Positions 23,401 to 35,400 are shown, counted from the first letter of the stretch. The stretch is 49,545 bases of DNA from Octopus bimaculoides (GCF_001194135.2 NC_068982.1:35955154-36004698); one strand, 5' to 3'. Notes: generated from the letters alone by a model not told the origin. Numbers and translations: made by a program.

Positions 23401-26400
23401 CAATGTAAGAAATTCCAATAGAGATATCACTTCTTTAAATGCTTCTACACACTCAAAACTTAAACTACTGTACTTTCTTTCACTAATTTCACTTCTGGTA
23501 CAATTGTATCCTCTAAGTAACATAAATTATATACCATTTCATGCAAACCATCCAAATAGTCATAGCCTTCAGTTATTGCTGGCCAGAATCCTAGTACATG
23601 ATCATATTGAGTTTTGCCAGTTCCATTCATTACTGAGCAAAGTCACAGTGAATGTTGGGCTTTTGTGGCAACTGACTATAGCAAACATACAGTGGTTGAG
23701 AAGCAAAAGAAACACTTTTGTATACAGGCATCTTCCATGTTATGGAAGTTTTGCACTCCTGAAAATCTTACTACAGGGTGAGGTTCTGTTACATGAAACC
23801 CATTTTCCCATTGATTTTCATATTACATAGAAATCAATGAGAAAATATGTTTTGTGTTACAGAACTACATGTTATGGTAAGATATTAGTGAGTAAGTACA
23901 TTGCTCCTGAAATGCAAGGAATGCCTGAAATAGTTATAAAGCTATTGCATAATAGTCAACTGACCTACTTTTTGTTTTTACATTTTTAATTAATCTAACA
24001 ACAAATCTGGCAAGAGTAAACAAAAAAATATAAATCTCATAGTAATTAATAACCTGTGTATGAAATCTATATATGAAGCATCATTGTTTCAGCTTTGAAT
24101 ACATAAAATATATTTCCCTTTAATATAATCGTTGTTTTGTCATTTGATTTTTTTATTTTAGATATTTATATCTGAATGTGTTTGAGAAACTGCATAAATT
24201 AGTAAAACATTACAAAATCATCACCTGGGAATCAATCCTTGAACAATTACTTGACTTTTCTGTTTATTGTTACCAATTACCATATTCTTCACCTGACTGT
24301 AAAAGACAAACAGATTACCAGTTTACAAATATAACAAAAACCTACGAAAGTAAGACTATATTCAAATCACAGATTTCATCTGTAAAAATAAACACAAATC
24401 TATATCATTTAATTTTTATAGTTATGACATTCTTCTTATCCTAATACACATCATTCGTTGTTCCAGCATCCTATGGTCAGCTTTGCTTTTTGTCCTGCTA
24501 GAACTGACAAATAATGTACTTGTCAAGTCCTCAGGTTGATTCCTCTTGTGTCTCTTTCTTGGAATCAACTATATTGTGCCACTTCTTAAGTATGCAGACC
24601 ACTCACAACATTCCTTTCTCCAGAGATAGAGAGAAAGATTGAGCAAGGATCTAACGATCTCTTATAGAAAAATAATAAGTTACTAGAACCATCCAAAGAT
24701 GACCTTCATGTGCAGTACAGGAAAAAACATTAATAATTACACATTTTATGACACTTGCATGTCTCACACTGAAGCATTAAGTTTCCATTGTCATTAGATA
24801 CTCACCACAAAAGCATCTATATACAACTTTGCATTTCTCATCATTCACTTCTTTACCCCTTTATACCTTCTGCAATTTGCCTTTCAGCTCACTAGGTAAC
24901 AAGCCGATAAGCCTTCCAACATACTCATCTTTCCACCTTTGACATCCCTACCGTGTTTCACTGGCCAGATCCTATACAAACTAATGTTTTCCCATTCTTC
25001 CCTCTCCAGAACATCAACCTTCTGCATTCTCTTTTCACCAATGTTTTCCCTGCAGACATCAAACTGAATAGAAACTGCATTAACCTCACCAGCCAGCAAA
25101 AATAATGGCACAGCCTCTTCCACTTGACTAAGCCATATAAAAATATTATTCTGCCTTTCTTCTATATCTTCATTTTTTTTTTAAATAAGAAAACAGTATC
25201 CCACAGAATAATATCTAGCCGAGTATCTCTTTTTATAAAATAATTCAAAATGAAGTTCATAGTATTAAGGGGTTTCTTACAATGAGAATAGAATTAAATG
25301 AAGTTAATGTTATGTTATATTCAGTTGAAATGATTTTTTTATATCTAAGTTGGTGGGGGATAGATAGAGAGAAGCAAACAAAAGAAGTTCATTTAAATGG
25401 AATTAGAATAAAGAGAACTTACACAATGGAATCCATCCATCGCTCAGAATCATTAGATAACAACACCTCAACAAAACTTTGTGATCCATCTACCTCCTGA
25501 AAATGAAAATTATTATGTATTTAAAAAAAAAAAGAATAATTAATAAACAATATTTAACAAAATACATGTATTTTAGTTATGTTTGTCCACTTTTTCTTAT
25601 TGGTATGTGTTGAACTAAAATATTTGGGATAATTCCATTTGAAAGTAACAGAATTGGTTCATAAGTTCTGTTGAAAATGCTGGTCAGTACCATTTACTCA
25701 ACTCTTATATTCGGAGTTGTAGTTTCACTTTCACATTTCAAAGTATTTAGTCATTTGTGTTTGATTTGTTTTGTTTTTTCTTAACTAAGTTAATTCAAGT
25801 AACAATATTTTAGAAACCACCTAAACAAAAGAACTTGAACTTTCCGATCAAACTTGAAAGGATTACCAATAGCTGAGGAACTGAAAGTGCCAGCCGTTGT
25901 AATGGATATCAGTAACAGCTGATATGCGATAGAAATAAAGTTATATTTGTCAGACGATTTGTTGTTTAGCTCCAGGACAACTTTGATCGAGAAAGACCTG
26001 TGATCAAAGGTGTTCCAGATGGAAACATCTAATCTTTTTGCCTATCAGAGACTATATTTTACAATGTATACTTTATTTAAATGGCATGGTGAGTTGAAGG
26101 AGAATGGACTGTTATTTCTGGTAGGTCGAACCAGTTATCAGATGCGCAATATATTAACACTGCCACCGGAACGTTTCGAAAGCACTTGAACCAAACTTGC
26201 ACAAAATCTTACAGATATTAAAATACGTAAACTTCGGTTAGATGAGAAGTATGCGCTAATTGTGAACTAAAATCTACCGAAACAGTCTGTCAATTTTTCC
26301 ATCTCAGATATGTTATCCTCTTCAAACGCTAGAGAAAATTTTACGGATAAACTGAGCATTTAGTTGACTTTAAAAAGTACATTTAATGCATAATAGCAGA

Positions 26401-28933
26401 AAATATATATACATAGGCGCAGGAGTGGCTGTGTGGTAAGTAGCTTGCTTACCAATCACATGGTTCCGGGTTCAGTCCCACAGCGTGACACCTTGGGCAA
26501 AACTTCTACTATAGCCTCGGGCCGACCAAAGCCTTGTGAGTGGATTTGGTAGACGAAAACTGAAAGAAGCCCGTCGTACATAAGTATACATATATGTGTG
26601 TATGTGAGTGTGTGTGTGTGTGTCTGTGTTTGTCCCCCCCCCCCAACACCGCTTGACAACCAATGCTGGTGTGTTTATGTCCCCGTAACTTAGCGGTTCG
26701 GCAAAAGAGACCGATAGAATAAGTACTAGGCTTACAAAGAATAAGTCCTAGGATCGATTTGCTCGACTAAAAGGCGGTGCTCCAGCATGGCCGCAATCGA
26801 ATGACTGAAACACGTAAAAGAGTAAAAGAGACAATAACGTGGAAATTTCTCAAACAGAATTTCGATTTTTTTTTTTTTACAATTACCTTTATCGTTTTAA
26901 GCAAGAAACGATACAAAATGACTATTTCAATAATTGATCGGGGACAAAATTATAAAAATTAATCTGACAAATTTCACTCAAACGATATAAATTAAGTGGA
27001 AGGTAATTTTCAAATGTTGAAGCGACATCAAAATGCTTATGTTGATGTTAAAAAATCGGTATTAAGTGCTCGATACAAAGATAGTTACACTATTATGAAG
27101 ACAGGCTGAAAATGTTTATACCTCAGCCTAATTTACTGCACTGCTCTTAACTTTCGGAATAAATAGCAGTCTAAACACAATCAAAATGTTGAACTACAAA
27201 TTAAATGGAAGAATTTTTCATACTGTCCAAAGTGGAAATCTGGACCATATACATATATGATTATTACTATTATTATTATTTCGCTTAAGCATAGCTATAC
27301 TAATAGCCTGGTTTTAGAATTCAATATACATATGCTTCAGAACAAAGCGTCAGTTGAGTAGAGAGCAGTAAACAAGAAATTAAAATGACATTGTACGCAC
27401 ACCCTCTCTCTTCCCCCCCCCCCCGGTTTTTATATAGATCCGCACCCGGTGGAAAAAGTGTAAAACAAATAGTGTAGTAGTTGAAGTGCACCTTATATGA
27501 AATAAATATGAAGGAAAAGATGCGCTTTGGCAAACGGGGTTAGGGTAAACCTAACCCTAACCAGATTTGGCTNNNNNNNNNNNNNNNNNNNNNNNNNNNN
27601 NNNNNNNNNNNNNNNNNNNNNNNNNNNNNNNNNNNNNNNNNNNNNNNNNNNNNNNNNNNNNNNNNNNNNNNNNNNNNNNNNNNNNNNNNNNNNNNNNNNN
27701 NNNNNNNNNNNNNNNNNNNNNNNNNNNNNNNNNNNNNNNNNNNNNNNNNNNNNNNNNNNNNNNNNNNNNNNNNNNNNNNNNNNNNNNNNNNNNNNNNNNN
27801 NNNNNNNNNNNNNNNNNNNNNNNNNNNNNNNNNNNNNNNNNNNNNNNNNNNNNNNNNNNNNNNNNNNNNNNNNNNNNNNNNNNNNNNNNNNNNNNNNNNN
27901 NNNNNNNNNNNNNNNNNNNNNNNNNNNNTTTTGCATTGATCGTTTTCGAATATATGTTCTCTGGTAAAAAGCGTGACATGTTGAACACAATGTCAAAAAT
28001 GAAAATCGCCAAAAAGAAAATCACCACCACCCCCCACCCCGTGGGGGGGGGGGGGTTCCAAAATTTTTTTTTAGGAGGAATCGCATGACCGTGACATATA
28101 GAACACATTATCGAAAACGAAAATCGCCAAAATTAAAAAATAAAAAAGTTACAGCCATTTTCCCTCAGTGTCTAATTCCAGTGTCTTCTCAAATGCAGAA
28201 ATGCACGAAGCTTTCAATTTGTTTACTTTTATCTATACATTTTCTGGATAAATCAAGAAATGTCACAATATCCGTTCAAAAATAGTAACTTGAATTAAGT
28301 AGGTAAACCGTAAGGGTAGTTTATGAGGGTGTCGGTGATGGTCGTGTACCAATATTTGTTCTTTTTTAATATATTTCCCCCACCCCCGATTAAATCAAAA
28401 CCCTATATACGATGATCCACTAAAATTTCCAAACAATGAACTATAGTTCTTTTTTTAAAAAAAGTCACCATTATACCTAATTAATGAAATTGTCTTGAAG
28501 TAAGTTAGCAGACAACAAATTTCATTGTTTAGCCTTTTGTTTACAAATGTAAGTTAGGCTCTAAATCGATCAGATTTACTTCTAAATTTGAAAACTCAAA
28601 AATTACAGAACGAAATGATCACAAAACTTCCAGTTTAGAAATATCTGATATTGCTCTTTGAAATGATTCGCATTACAAAACTATATTTTAAAAAATAAGT
28701 CAACGACACAGTTTTTATAATGAGTTTAACAAATTGTTAAGAGTGAAACGTTAATGTCAATAAATTATACATGTGAGCATAGTTTCAAGGTACAAGACAA
28801 CTGCTTTCTAAAAAAAACTGTAAAATAGGAAATGTTTTTTTTAGGGTGGGGGTGTCCTTTCGTAAAGGTTTTTTTTTTATGGGAGTGGGAGACGTCAAAA
28901 AGGGAAAAGACTTACCATTAAACATGAGGACAT
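11413..28933 (-). CDS. ARMC8: Armadillo repeat-containing protein 8 (CTLH/GID complex subunit), spliced, 13 coding exons in window, 3' incomplete
   Basis: Exons assembled by hand with AG/GT boundaries and consistent phases (sum 1359 nt = 453 codons). The translation matches motifs I recall from human ARMC8: [77 protein letters not shown]. Confidence 0.95.
12136..12558 (+). mobile_element. SINE-like element with internal GGCATGTAAAAAGCAC repeats and (GAT)n tail
   Basis: Ends CCCATGCCAGCATGGAAA...GATGATGAT. Copies in either orientation at ~3167-3260, ~3341-3600, ~6890-6935, ~16620-16790, ~17863-17928 and ~36615-36820. Confidence 0.75.
12919..13177. mobile_element. hAT-type MITE
   Basis: Termini CAGTGGTTTTCAAC ... 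GTTGAGAAACCTG; no intact TSD. A terminal fragment of the same family lies at ~45236-45285. Confidence 0.6.
13341..13505 (-). CDS. ARMC8: ARMC8 exon 12 ([10 protein letters not shown]...[28 protein letters not shown])
   Basis: ttttgacag acceptor, GTAAAA donor, 165 nt, phase 0-0. Confidence 0.95.
14204..14872 (+). mobile_element. Three head-to-tail copies of a ~215-bp SINE with (ATT)n tails
   Basis: Units ~14204-14419, ~14420-14635 and ~14654-14872 share GAGTTCAAATTCCA..., TCATCCTTT..., AAATAAGTA...CAGTTGAG.ACT. Minus-strand relatives at ~11590-11720 and ~19820-20010. Confidence 0.8.
15522..15608 (-). CDS. ARMC8: ARMC8 exon 11 ([29 protein letters not shown])
   Basis: tttttcag acceptor, GTAAAC donor, 87 nt, phase 0-0. 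Confidence 0.95.
17071..17280 (-). CDS. ARMC8: ARMC8 exon 10 ([30 protein letters not shown]...QNTQKK)
   Basis: ttcacag acceptor, GTATGT donor, 210 nt, phase 0-0. Confidence 0.95.
17672..17806. repeat. Intronic inverted repeat / long hairpin in ARMC8 intron 9
   Basis: Arms 17672-17731 and 17749-17806 are reverse-complementary with few mismatches; 17-nt loop. Confidence 0.85.
18793..18944 (-). CDS. ARMC8: ARMC8 exon 9 ([11 protein letters not shown]...[24 protein letters not shown])
   Basis: attcag acceptor, GTAAAT donor, 152 nt, phase 1-0. Confidence 0.92.
19063..19141 (-). CDS. ARMC8: ARMC8 exon 8 ([26 protein letters not shown])
   Basis: tttttag acceptor, GTATTT donor, 79 nt, phase 0-1. 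Confidence 0.9.
19246..19326 (-). CDS. ARMC8: ARMC8 exon 7 ([27 protein letters not shown])
   Basis: tcttag acceptor, GTAAG donor, 81 nt, phase 0-0. Confidence 0.92.
20391..20483 (-). CDS. ARMC8: ARMC8 exon 6 ([31 protein letters not shown])
   Basis: tatcag acceptor, GTAACC donor, 93 nt, phase 0-0. Confidence 0.92.
20660..21215 (+). mobile_element. RTE-clade LINE RT fragment in ARMC8 intron 5
   Basis: [26 protein letters not shown]; HQGLVLS; GCPWELL(Y)ADD; [23 protein letters not shown]; FVCGRC. Confidence 0.85.
21507..21604 (-). CDS. ARMC8: ARMC8 exon 5 ([32 protein letters not shown])
   Basis: ttttcag acceptor, GTGAGT donor, 98 nt, phase 1-0. Confidence 0.93.
22085..22370 (-). mobile_element. 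Decayed RTE LINE 3' fragment
   Basis: The minus-strand translation has remnants resembling KLDIRGI..ARE and the RP/RK-TW-EVV C-terminal region; many stops. Confidence 0.45.
22555..22697 (-). CDS. ARMC8: ARMC8 exon 4 ([47 protein letters not shown]); donor GC at 22554 or GT at 22548
   Basis: tctag acceptor. Phase 2-1 is required by the next exon. The 3' boundary is ambiguous by 6 nt. Confidence 0.88.
24225..24296 (-). CDS. ARMC8: ARMC8 exon 3 ([23 protein letters not shown])
   Basis: ttttacag acceptor, GTGATG donor, 72 nt, phase 2-2. Confidence 0.92.
25423..25496 (-). CDS. ARMC8: ARMC8 exon 2 ([24 protein letters not shown])
   Basis: ttttcag acceptor, GTAAG donor, 74 nt, phase 0-2; aligns by eye to human [26 protein letters not shown]. 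Confidence 0.85.
26415..26828 (+). mobile_element. Full-length tRNA-derived SINE (abundant family)
   Basis: A-box-like TGGCTGTGTGGTA, B-box-like GGTTCAGTCCC (26469-26479), central (TG)n. Related partial copies at ~3010-3170, ~4690-4880, ~10770-10925, ~18115-18185, ~46888-47100 and ~47340-47520. Confidence 0.85.
27573..27928. other. Assembly gap (N run) in ARMC8 intron 1
   Basis: Run of N. Confidence 1.
28916..28933 (-). CDS. ARMC8: ARMC8 coding exon 1 (MSSCLM)
   Basis: gccATG TCC TCA TGT TTA ATG followed by a GTAAG donor; phase 0; resembles the human N-terminus MACLL. Confidence 0.75.
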
Positions 28934-29250
28934 GGCGAGTACAGTTCTAGCAACGAGATCTACCTTCGATGAAACAACGAAAATACCCAAAAGGAGACGC
29001 GATTAAAAAGATTCTAGTTAGTACTGTCGTTAAAAAAAGGAAAATTTGGAATTAGCGAATGTTTACTTATATAAAAATATTTATGCCATAATGTAATATC
29101 GTTTCATCATTTCGATTACTTTAATCTTTTTTCCCCTTCGTTCTCCATATAAAAATGCAAATAGGACCGCACTGAATAACCACTTCCGCAAAGGAACTTC
29201 ACTCAGTTACCGTTAATTACATCACAATTATTACCGTATTTAATTTTGTT
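28934..29250 (-). promoter_or_regulatory. Putative ARMC8 5'UTR/core promoter
   Basis: Lies immediately upstream of the ATG, is locally richer in CpG, and has an ETS-type CGGAAGTG motif at 29181-29188 on the minus strand. The TSS is not determinable. Confidence 0.4.
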
Positions 29251-30639
29251 TATTTCTGGAAATCACATATAACATTTTTATAATGAGAAAAACAGACAAG
29301 AAAACTATCGATCAGTTAAAGAAAAGTAAACTTAAATTGATTTTTGTGAAAATTTCATCGTGACAATTTTGAAATCAGGCAAGAAATGGAAGAGTCTATC
29401 GAATGTAAATGTGTAAATTTAATCTGTGAATATTGTATTCAAGCTATTATACCAATTTTCACATGATATAAACTGCGGTACTTTTTTAGGTAGACACAAG
29501 TAGCATGTACTTCATATTTTATTTTCTTTGTGGATGATAACTCTGTTATTTTCTCTGGCTTTATTCTATCTCATACCAACAAATATACTCAGTGTAGACA
29601 AAAATATTTCTCTGTCACCATTAATCTAACACACCCGTGAATAACTGTACTTCGCAAATTAAGTCTCATGAGATAGAAACATATCCAGGGTTGTTACCGT
29701 GTGTTAAAGATCAGATTAACCTTCCTTTTACTGCATAGCTTATTTACAATTTTAATTTAGACTCCTGTAGGATTACAAAAAAAATTTTGATTTTGAGTTG
29801 TTGCCCTTGAAAATTTACTTTTTCAGAAATTTTCGACATTAACTGGTAATAGTTTCGATGAATTAAAGTTATGACCACTAGCATTATATATGTTCTACAT
29901 TTTGATTGAGCTACTTTCACTGTTATTTCTACGCGCTTAACTCGCAACGTCACTCTCACTTAATCAACTGGTATACTACCCAAATCTGAAAAACTTGCAG
30001 GACCATATGACAAATATGCTTTCCTGTAATGATAAATTTTATCTAATACCAGCTTACTGATCTTTTTTTTTCAGCGTACCCATTCGTCCTCTTTGACATA
30101 AACTTTGTGAAAAATAAATTGTAAAAACATTTGGATTATAGATCCTGAGTAGACACGTATTGCCAATTTTATTTCATTTAATGCTTTTGTTGAAAGCACA
30201 TGCTTTTAGAAGCTGATGGGTAAGACAGAAACATCAGAATTTCGTAAGGGGAGAAGTTTCGGAAAAAATTGTTTGGCCAGACAGTTATTCATAAACCGCA
30301 CTTATTCACCTTGCAGATTTTCTGAAACTGATCTGGGATTCAAATCAGTTGATAATTTAATTTATTAACAACAGGAACATAAGACTTCTAATTCATCTTG
30401 TAGCAAAACAAAATTCTCCTGGGTTAACACACTGGCTTCATTGATGTCCTCTGCTTTCAGTAATGTAAGACTTTTCCTCGGATCTTCAAAATTGTCATAT
30501 TAACCGACTTTCAGTTTTGGGTTCCCCGGCTAGAGTTTCAACCAGACAGTGGCATAGAGTATACGCTGCTTGGAACACCCCTTGAGTTTACTGTCTCCCT
30601 GCCCTCTTTACAGGCTTATATATCAGATTGAAAAGTGCT

Positions 30640-31290
30640 TGCCCTGTTCACAAAGTTTATAATGGTAAATACGGTGCGACTGGCGTTCGTGAATGGTTTC
30701 TCTGACGAGATATCGGCGCGACTGCAACAACTGCCGGACGAGATCTCCATGGGCGAATTTATTGCTCTAGTCCATGTGCTGACGCGAAATGTAGAGGTGA
30801 TAGGAACTATTGAAGCCTACGGCATCGATGAATTACGAGGAGAAAAAGCCTCCATGGAGCGGCTGCAACCATTTTAGGCCAGTGTTTTATGTGTCAGTTT
30901 CCGTACATGGCATGGGATTGCAGGATGCCGAAATCCGAATGAATTTGCTGCCAATGCAAGCAAGCAGGACGTAGCATCAGCAAGCGCCGACAGAGAAACA
31001 GTCAAAGGGAAACTACTGTCTCACTAGTTTCCCCTTGCAAGCAAGTAGAGGCGCTCGAACACTCACAGCCTATAGGAGAAGCTCGACGACTTTAGTGACT
31101 GAAAAGTGGAACAAGATAAGTAGTGTAAGGGCAGTTGATAGCAGTGAGATTAGATGTAGAGGTAGCAGTGAAGTGGAGATGGTGATGCAAGCAGCAAAAA
31201 TAAGGCTGTTTGCAATTGTGATCAACCATAGAGTTGATGTAGTGATGGGCATGAATACAATCGAAAACAGGGTTACATATGCGCTGTGAG
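30640..31290 (+). mobile_element. Ty3/Gypsy LTR retrotransposon gag-zinc knuckle-protease remnant
   Basis: VRLAFVNGFSDEISARLQQLP (gag-like); two decayed CCHC knuckles CFMCQFPYMAWDC and CCQCKQAGR; retropepsin-like SSTTLV...VRAVDSSEIRCRG...VDVVMGMNTI. Contains stops and frameshifts. Confidence 0.7.
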
Positions 31291-31654
31291 TTTGCAATAG
31301 GTAAGTGGGGAGAGCCCTGAAGAGAACAGTATTGTATACACCATTGTAGGCAGTGAGTGTCCGAGTGCCTCTACTTGCTTGCAGGGGGGAACTAGCGAGA
31401 CAGTAGTTTCCCTTTGACTGTTTCTCTGTCGGCGCTTGCTGATGTTATGTCCTGCTTGCTTGCATTGGTAGAAAATTCATTCGAGTTTCGGCTTCCTGCA
31501 ATCCCATGCCATGTGCGGACACTGACACATAAAACACTGGCCTAAAATGGTTGCGGCCGCTCGTTATTCATCGATGCCGTAGGCTTCAATAGTTCCTATC
31601 ACCTCTACATTCCGCCTGGCATTTCACGTCAACACATGGGCTTGAGCAATAAAT
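30757..31654. repeat. Long inverted repeat: arms 30757-31072 and 31347-31654, 274-bp spacer
   Basis: The reverse complement of the right arm aligns end-to-end with the left arm, with scattered substitutions and two short indels. Confidence 0.95.
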
Positions 31655-31779
31655 CTTTTTTGTACCTTTGTATATAAAAAGCAGGGTGTCAGATTATATG
31701 TATGTGAACTCAAGTTGGATAGTAAGGATACCAAACAGAACCTCTTTGACAGATGAAATTACCATACTTTTTGTATTAT

Positions 31780-32110
31780 AACATAGCAAATATTCTTTAA
31801 CTATATCATCTGGCATTGCAGAATATTCAGTTTCCTTATAACATTTTCTTCCCCCATGTAGCCAAGAATAATTTTCCAGGATAAGATCAAAGAATGAGCA
31901 ATTGTCATTGGCTTCTTACTTTTTTGGCAATTCTCAGAGCAACCATATTGATGGCACATCACATAACTTGTTTGAGAAACCTATCCACTCTGCTCAAGTC
32001 ACATACATTTCAGATTGCCTTTTGCTCAAAATACAATTATTCTGTCAAATTTATCAGGATGTTTAGCCTAAAAATGTTGTTTCAGAGAGTTTGACTTCAT
32101 TATGGTTTGA
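31780..32110 (-). mobile_element. Highly decayed hAT (Charlie/Buster-like) transposase fragment
   Basis: Minus-strand remnants SNSLKQHF*AKHPDK and SKKPMTIAHSLIL resemble the PSKLKRHL.TKH and KK.HTI.E.LI motifs. Confidence 0.45.
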
Positions 32111-33379
32111 TAAAATTTTATAACAGATAATACATAGGAATTTTTGTTTCTCCTTTTTTATCAAATTTGTTGTGTGGTTTACTGTAAAATTTTCTTGTAC
32201 AATAGGCTTCCATTATTATTGGAATAAAAAAGTAAATATTTTAGTAATTACTTGTTTAGTGTGCAATGTTAGGTACTTACAATAAAGTAATCTGAATTGA
32301 AACATCATTATCCTTTATTAAACTAAAGAAAATGTTACTTTCAACCAAATTTAACATCCACTGAAGTTGTTTGAAAGCACTTAGCAAAAATATAAGAAAT
32401 TTTCTTGGGAATGTGAAGTTCGTTAGCCTCTGGCATGAAAAATGACTTGGTGATGAAGCAATCAACATGAAATAACTATGAATTAATTAAATAACTATAA
32501 TGTACAATGATGACACTTGCCCACTGTATTCTAGGGTTACAGAATGCATAAGTTGTGTTGTGATCATGTCAAATTTCCAGTCTTTTTACAAAACCTGCAC
32601 ACCCAGCAATTTCTCTTGGGACACTGTGCAGAAAAATAAACTGCTGGTTTGAAAAGCCTTGATAGTTCATTTACGGTAAAAAGTAATTCATATATGTGAT
32701 TTCCCAATTTATTTTTAATCCATAGCACCCTTCACTACATGCTCACCACACTACAGCAAAAATGAAAGTATAGATAACCTCCTTACACTATCATAATATA
32801 TAACACTGAAAATAAATGCAGAAGAGTAATAGATGTTGCTCTCCAAGTCTCCCTCCATTTTAGACACCACCAGACTGGACAGTGAAGTTAATAAAACAGG
32901 CTCAAACTGTCACTCTGCAACCCATATGCTAAAGTACAGTCCCTAACTAGGCCTTGGCATAGACTATTTTAATCATAGGCAATCATTTGACAATGACTTT
33001 CATGTCACAGAGGACCACACAATAATGAAAAGAATTTCATTGTCAAACAATATAACTGATATTGTATCAGTATTTGATTCTTCTACTGGTCAACTCGTTT
33101 CTTACCAATTGACTATAAAAAAGCCATTGTATTATCTTCTTGATGTCATCAGAATTCATAAATTTTTGAGAGAACATGAAATTTTTTTTTTTCAATTATA
33201 TAAAGCTATAAATAATAGCATGTAAATATTGGGCTAACAATCCATTTTGGATAGAAAACGTCAAAGGCTGCTCAATTATCTGTTTGAATACACTATGCAT
33301 TAATTTCCCTTCAAAGTTCAGAAGTTTTCATTTACAAAGAAAGTTCCAATAATTTCAAGTATCATCAACAAACTGTTCG

Positions 33380-33620
33380 CAAAGCCTTTGACTGCATCTC
33401 ATACAAGGACCTACCAAAACTGCTTACTTATGGATATCATCCATCTCTTCTGGAAGTTTTCTCTCAGTATGCTCTGTCATAATCTGGCAGCCAATCACCA
33501 TTCTATCAAATTACCTTCAAGTTTATTTAAGCCTTTCTGTACATTAGCAATCTGCTCACTATTTCCTCACACACTCTTCTACAGATGATACCATCTTCAC
33601 TCCTCCTAAACCTGCACACA
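33380..33620 (+). mobile_element. Decayed non-LTR RT fragment
   Basis: (R)KAFDCISYKDLPKLLTYGYHPSL and a ...acagatgatacc (ADDT-like) remnant. Confidence 0.45.
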
Positions 33621-35099
33621 AGAGCATCTCCATATAATCAAGGTACCTCTACCAATCTATGTATTACATCTATAGATAGAGTCCTCAAAAGCATTCTACA
33701 ATAGAATAATATCAAGCTAGTCTCAGTACCAAACCACAGCAAACACACGTTAAGAAAACGTTAACACAATCTAATGAGGAGCCTCAACATGGTAGCTTGA
33801 TCCTTAAGAAAGCTGCTAAGTTTTCCCTCAACTTACATCATTATTAGGTAGTGTATTCAGAATATGCAATACCTGAAAAAGAAAATACTTGGCCACAGCA
33901 GAAACATGATGAGTCAGCCTGATGTGGTCTAAACTACCTCAAAATGACCCTAATATTCCATTGTTTCTACTAAAACAGTACACTGCTTAACTACTTCAGT
34001 TTGAAAATATAATCAATTCTTATCAAATATTTCTCTAGAATCTTCAAAATATATTATACTAGTGAGCTTTCCTAAAGTAGATATCTGATATCTATTATTG
34101 CTAAGAATATTGTCATAAATTTCAAAGGAACTATAGACCCTCAATAAATAAAGCTTAAAGATTTTTGATCTCATAAATGGTAAAAAAAAAAAACAGCAGA
34201 CACTAATATTGTCATAAGTATGTAGTCATAAAGTTCATGCTTGATGCCACTATTTTAAAGAGAATTTAGTAAAAATTTACTTGTAAGCTCTCTCTGATAG
34301 TCAACCATGAGTCCTTTTTGTGGCAACGACTTTAGTGCTTAATAACTCTTCTGAAATAACTGTCTCATTTTTCATGCAATAAACATGTTCGGCCTTTCTA
34401 CATCCAAACTATAGCACTCTAGAACTCTTCTCCTTGCACACATATTTTCACCAATTTACTAGCTCTCAATATGCACATTCTTTCAAATTTTCCATTTTAA
34501 AAGAGCTTATATTGACTGTATACAATTCTCTCTCATTAGACAAATCAGACATCATTCAGGTTTGTTTTGAAAGACATTCAATAAAAAGAATATTGAAGAT
34601 CTTAATTTATTATCCAAACGCATTTATCATATTTCTCTGTATCACATATTTCATTCATGATATATTATTTCATGTGTTCTTTATTGTATTTTTTCAACTT
34701 ATTTATTGAAGTGGCTTAGAAGAGATGTCTCTAATATAGCATTTATTATAGATCAATAGTAATACCTTCTTGATAGATAGTCAAGTGTCATATAGTTTAA
34801 AGGAAGACCAGAAATTGATTTTATGTCAAAGTTATGAATAAAGATTATAGAACCTTATATAAAAAGAGAAGCAACTTAGAGGTTTTACCATAACCTTTAA
34901 TATCTTTGAGTGGAATCTAGTAAAGATAACCAGTGTAAAAGCATGTTGTACATATATATCTATGGATAGTTACGAGGTGGGAGGCTATGGACTGATGCGT
35001 GCATGCACACAGCTCTTTGTTGGAAGCATGGTGGTACTATCTAATGTTCTTAGGACTCTACTATCAAAGCCAATGATCTTGTTGGCTAGGATTTTTTAG

Positions 35100-35400
35100 A
35101 GGGGGTGAGCACATTTCTGTTCCATTGAGAATGGAGAGAACCAGTGCATTGTATATGCTGGTACAGACATGTCTGTCTCCTGCTAGACCTTACCAGGGCT
35201 TTACTCTCATTCAATACAGTAGCTGGAATAGCCCTTGTGGAAGGCCCAACACCAGATGGCTAGACATGATTGGGCAAGAACTCCAGAGGCTTGACATCAC
35301 CTTGGAGGATGCAGGACTGCCAGCATTGGAGATCATTGGTGGATCTGGTGAGCTCTACACATGATGACGCCTCTGGGACCGCTAATTTGGAATGACCCCA
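35100..35400 (+). mobile_element. RTE-like LINE 3' fragment
   Basis: SWNSPCGRPNTRWLDMIGQELQRLDITLEDA matches the RPRGRP..RW.D C-terminal signature of RTE ORFs. Confidence 0.65.

Noticed and set aside
24884-25123. 79-aa minus-strand ORF in ARMC8 intron 2
   Set aside because: Not needed for, and not similar to, ARMC8. No family could be assigned; probably a decayed transposon.
26415-26490. tRNA-like A/B boxes
   Set aside because: Head of a multi-copy SINE; no complete cloverleaf, so not called as a tRNA gene.
27536-27562. GGGTTAGGGT...CCTAACCCTAACC telomere-like motif
   Set aside because: Only about two units on each strand, forming a small hairpin inside a repeat next to a gap; not a telomeric array.
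27493-28108. Long ORFs spanning X runs (also 3708-4159 and 40409-40784)
   Set aside because: Artefacts of N gaps lacking stop codons.
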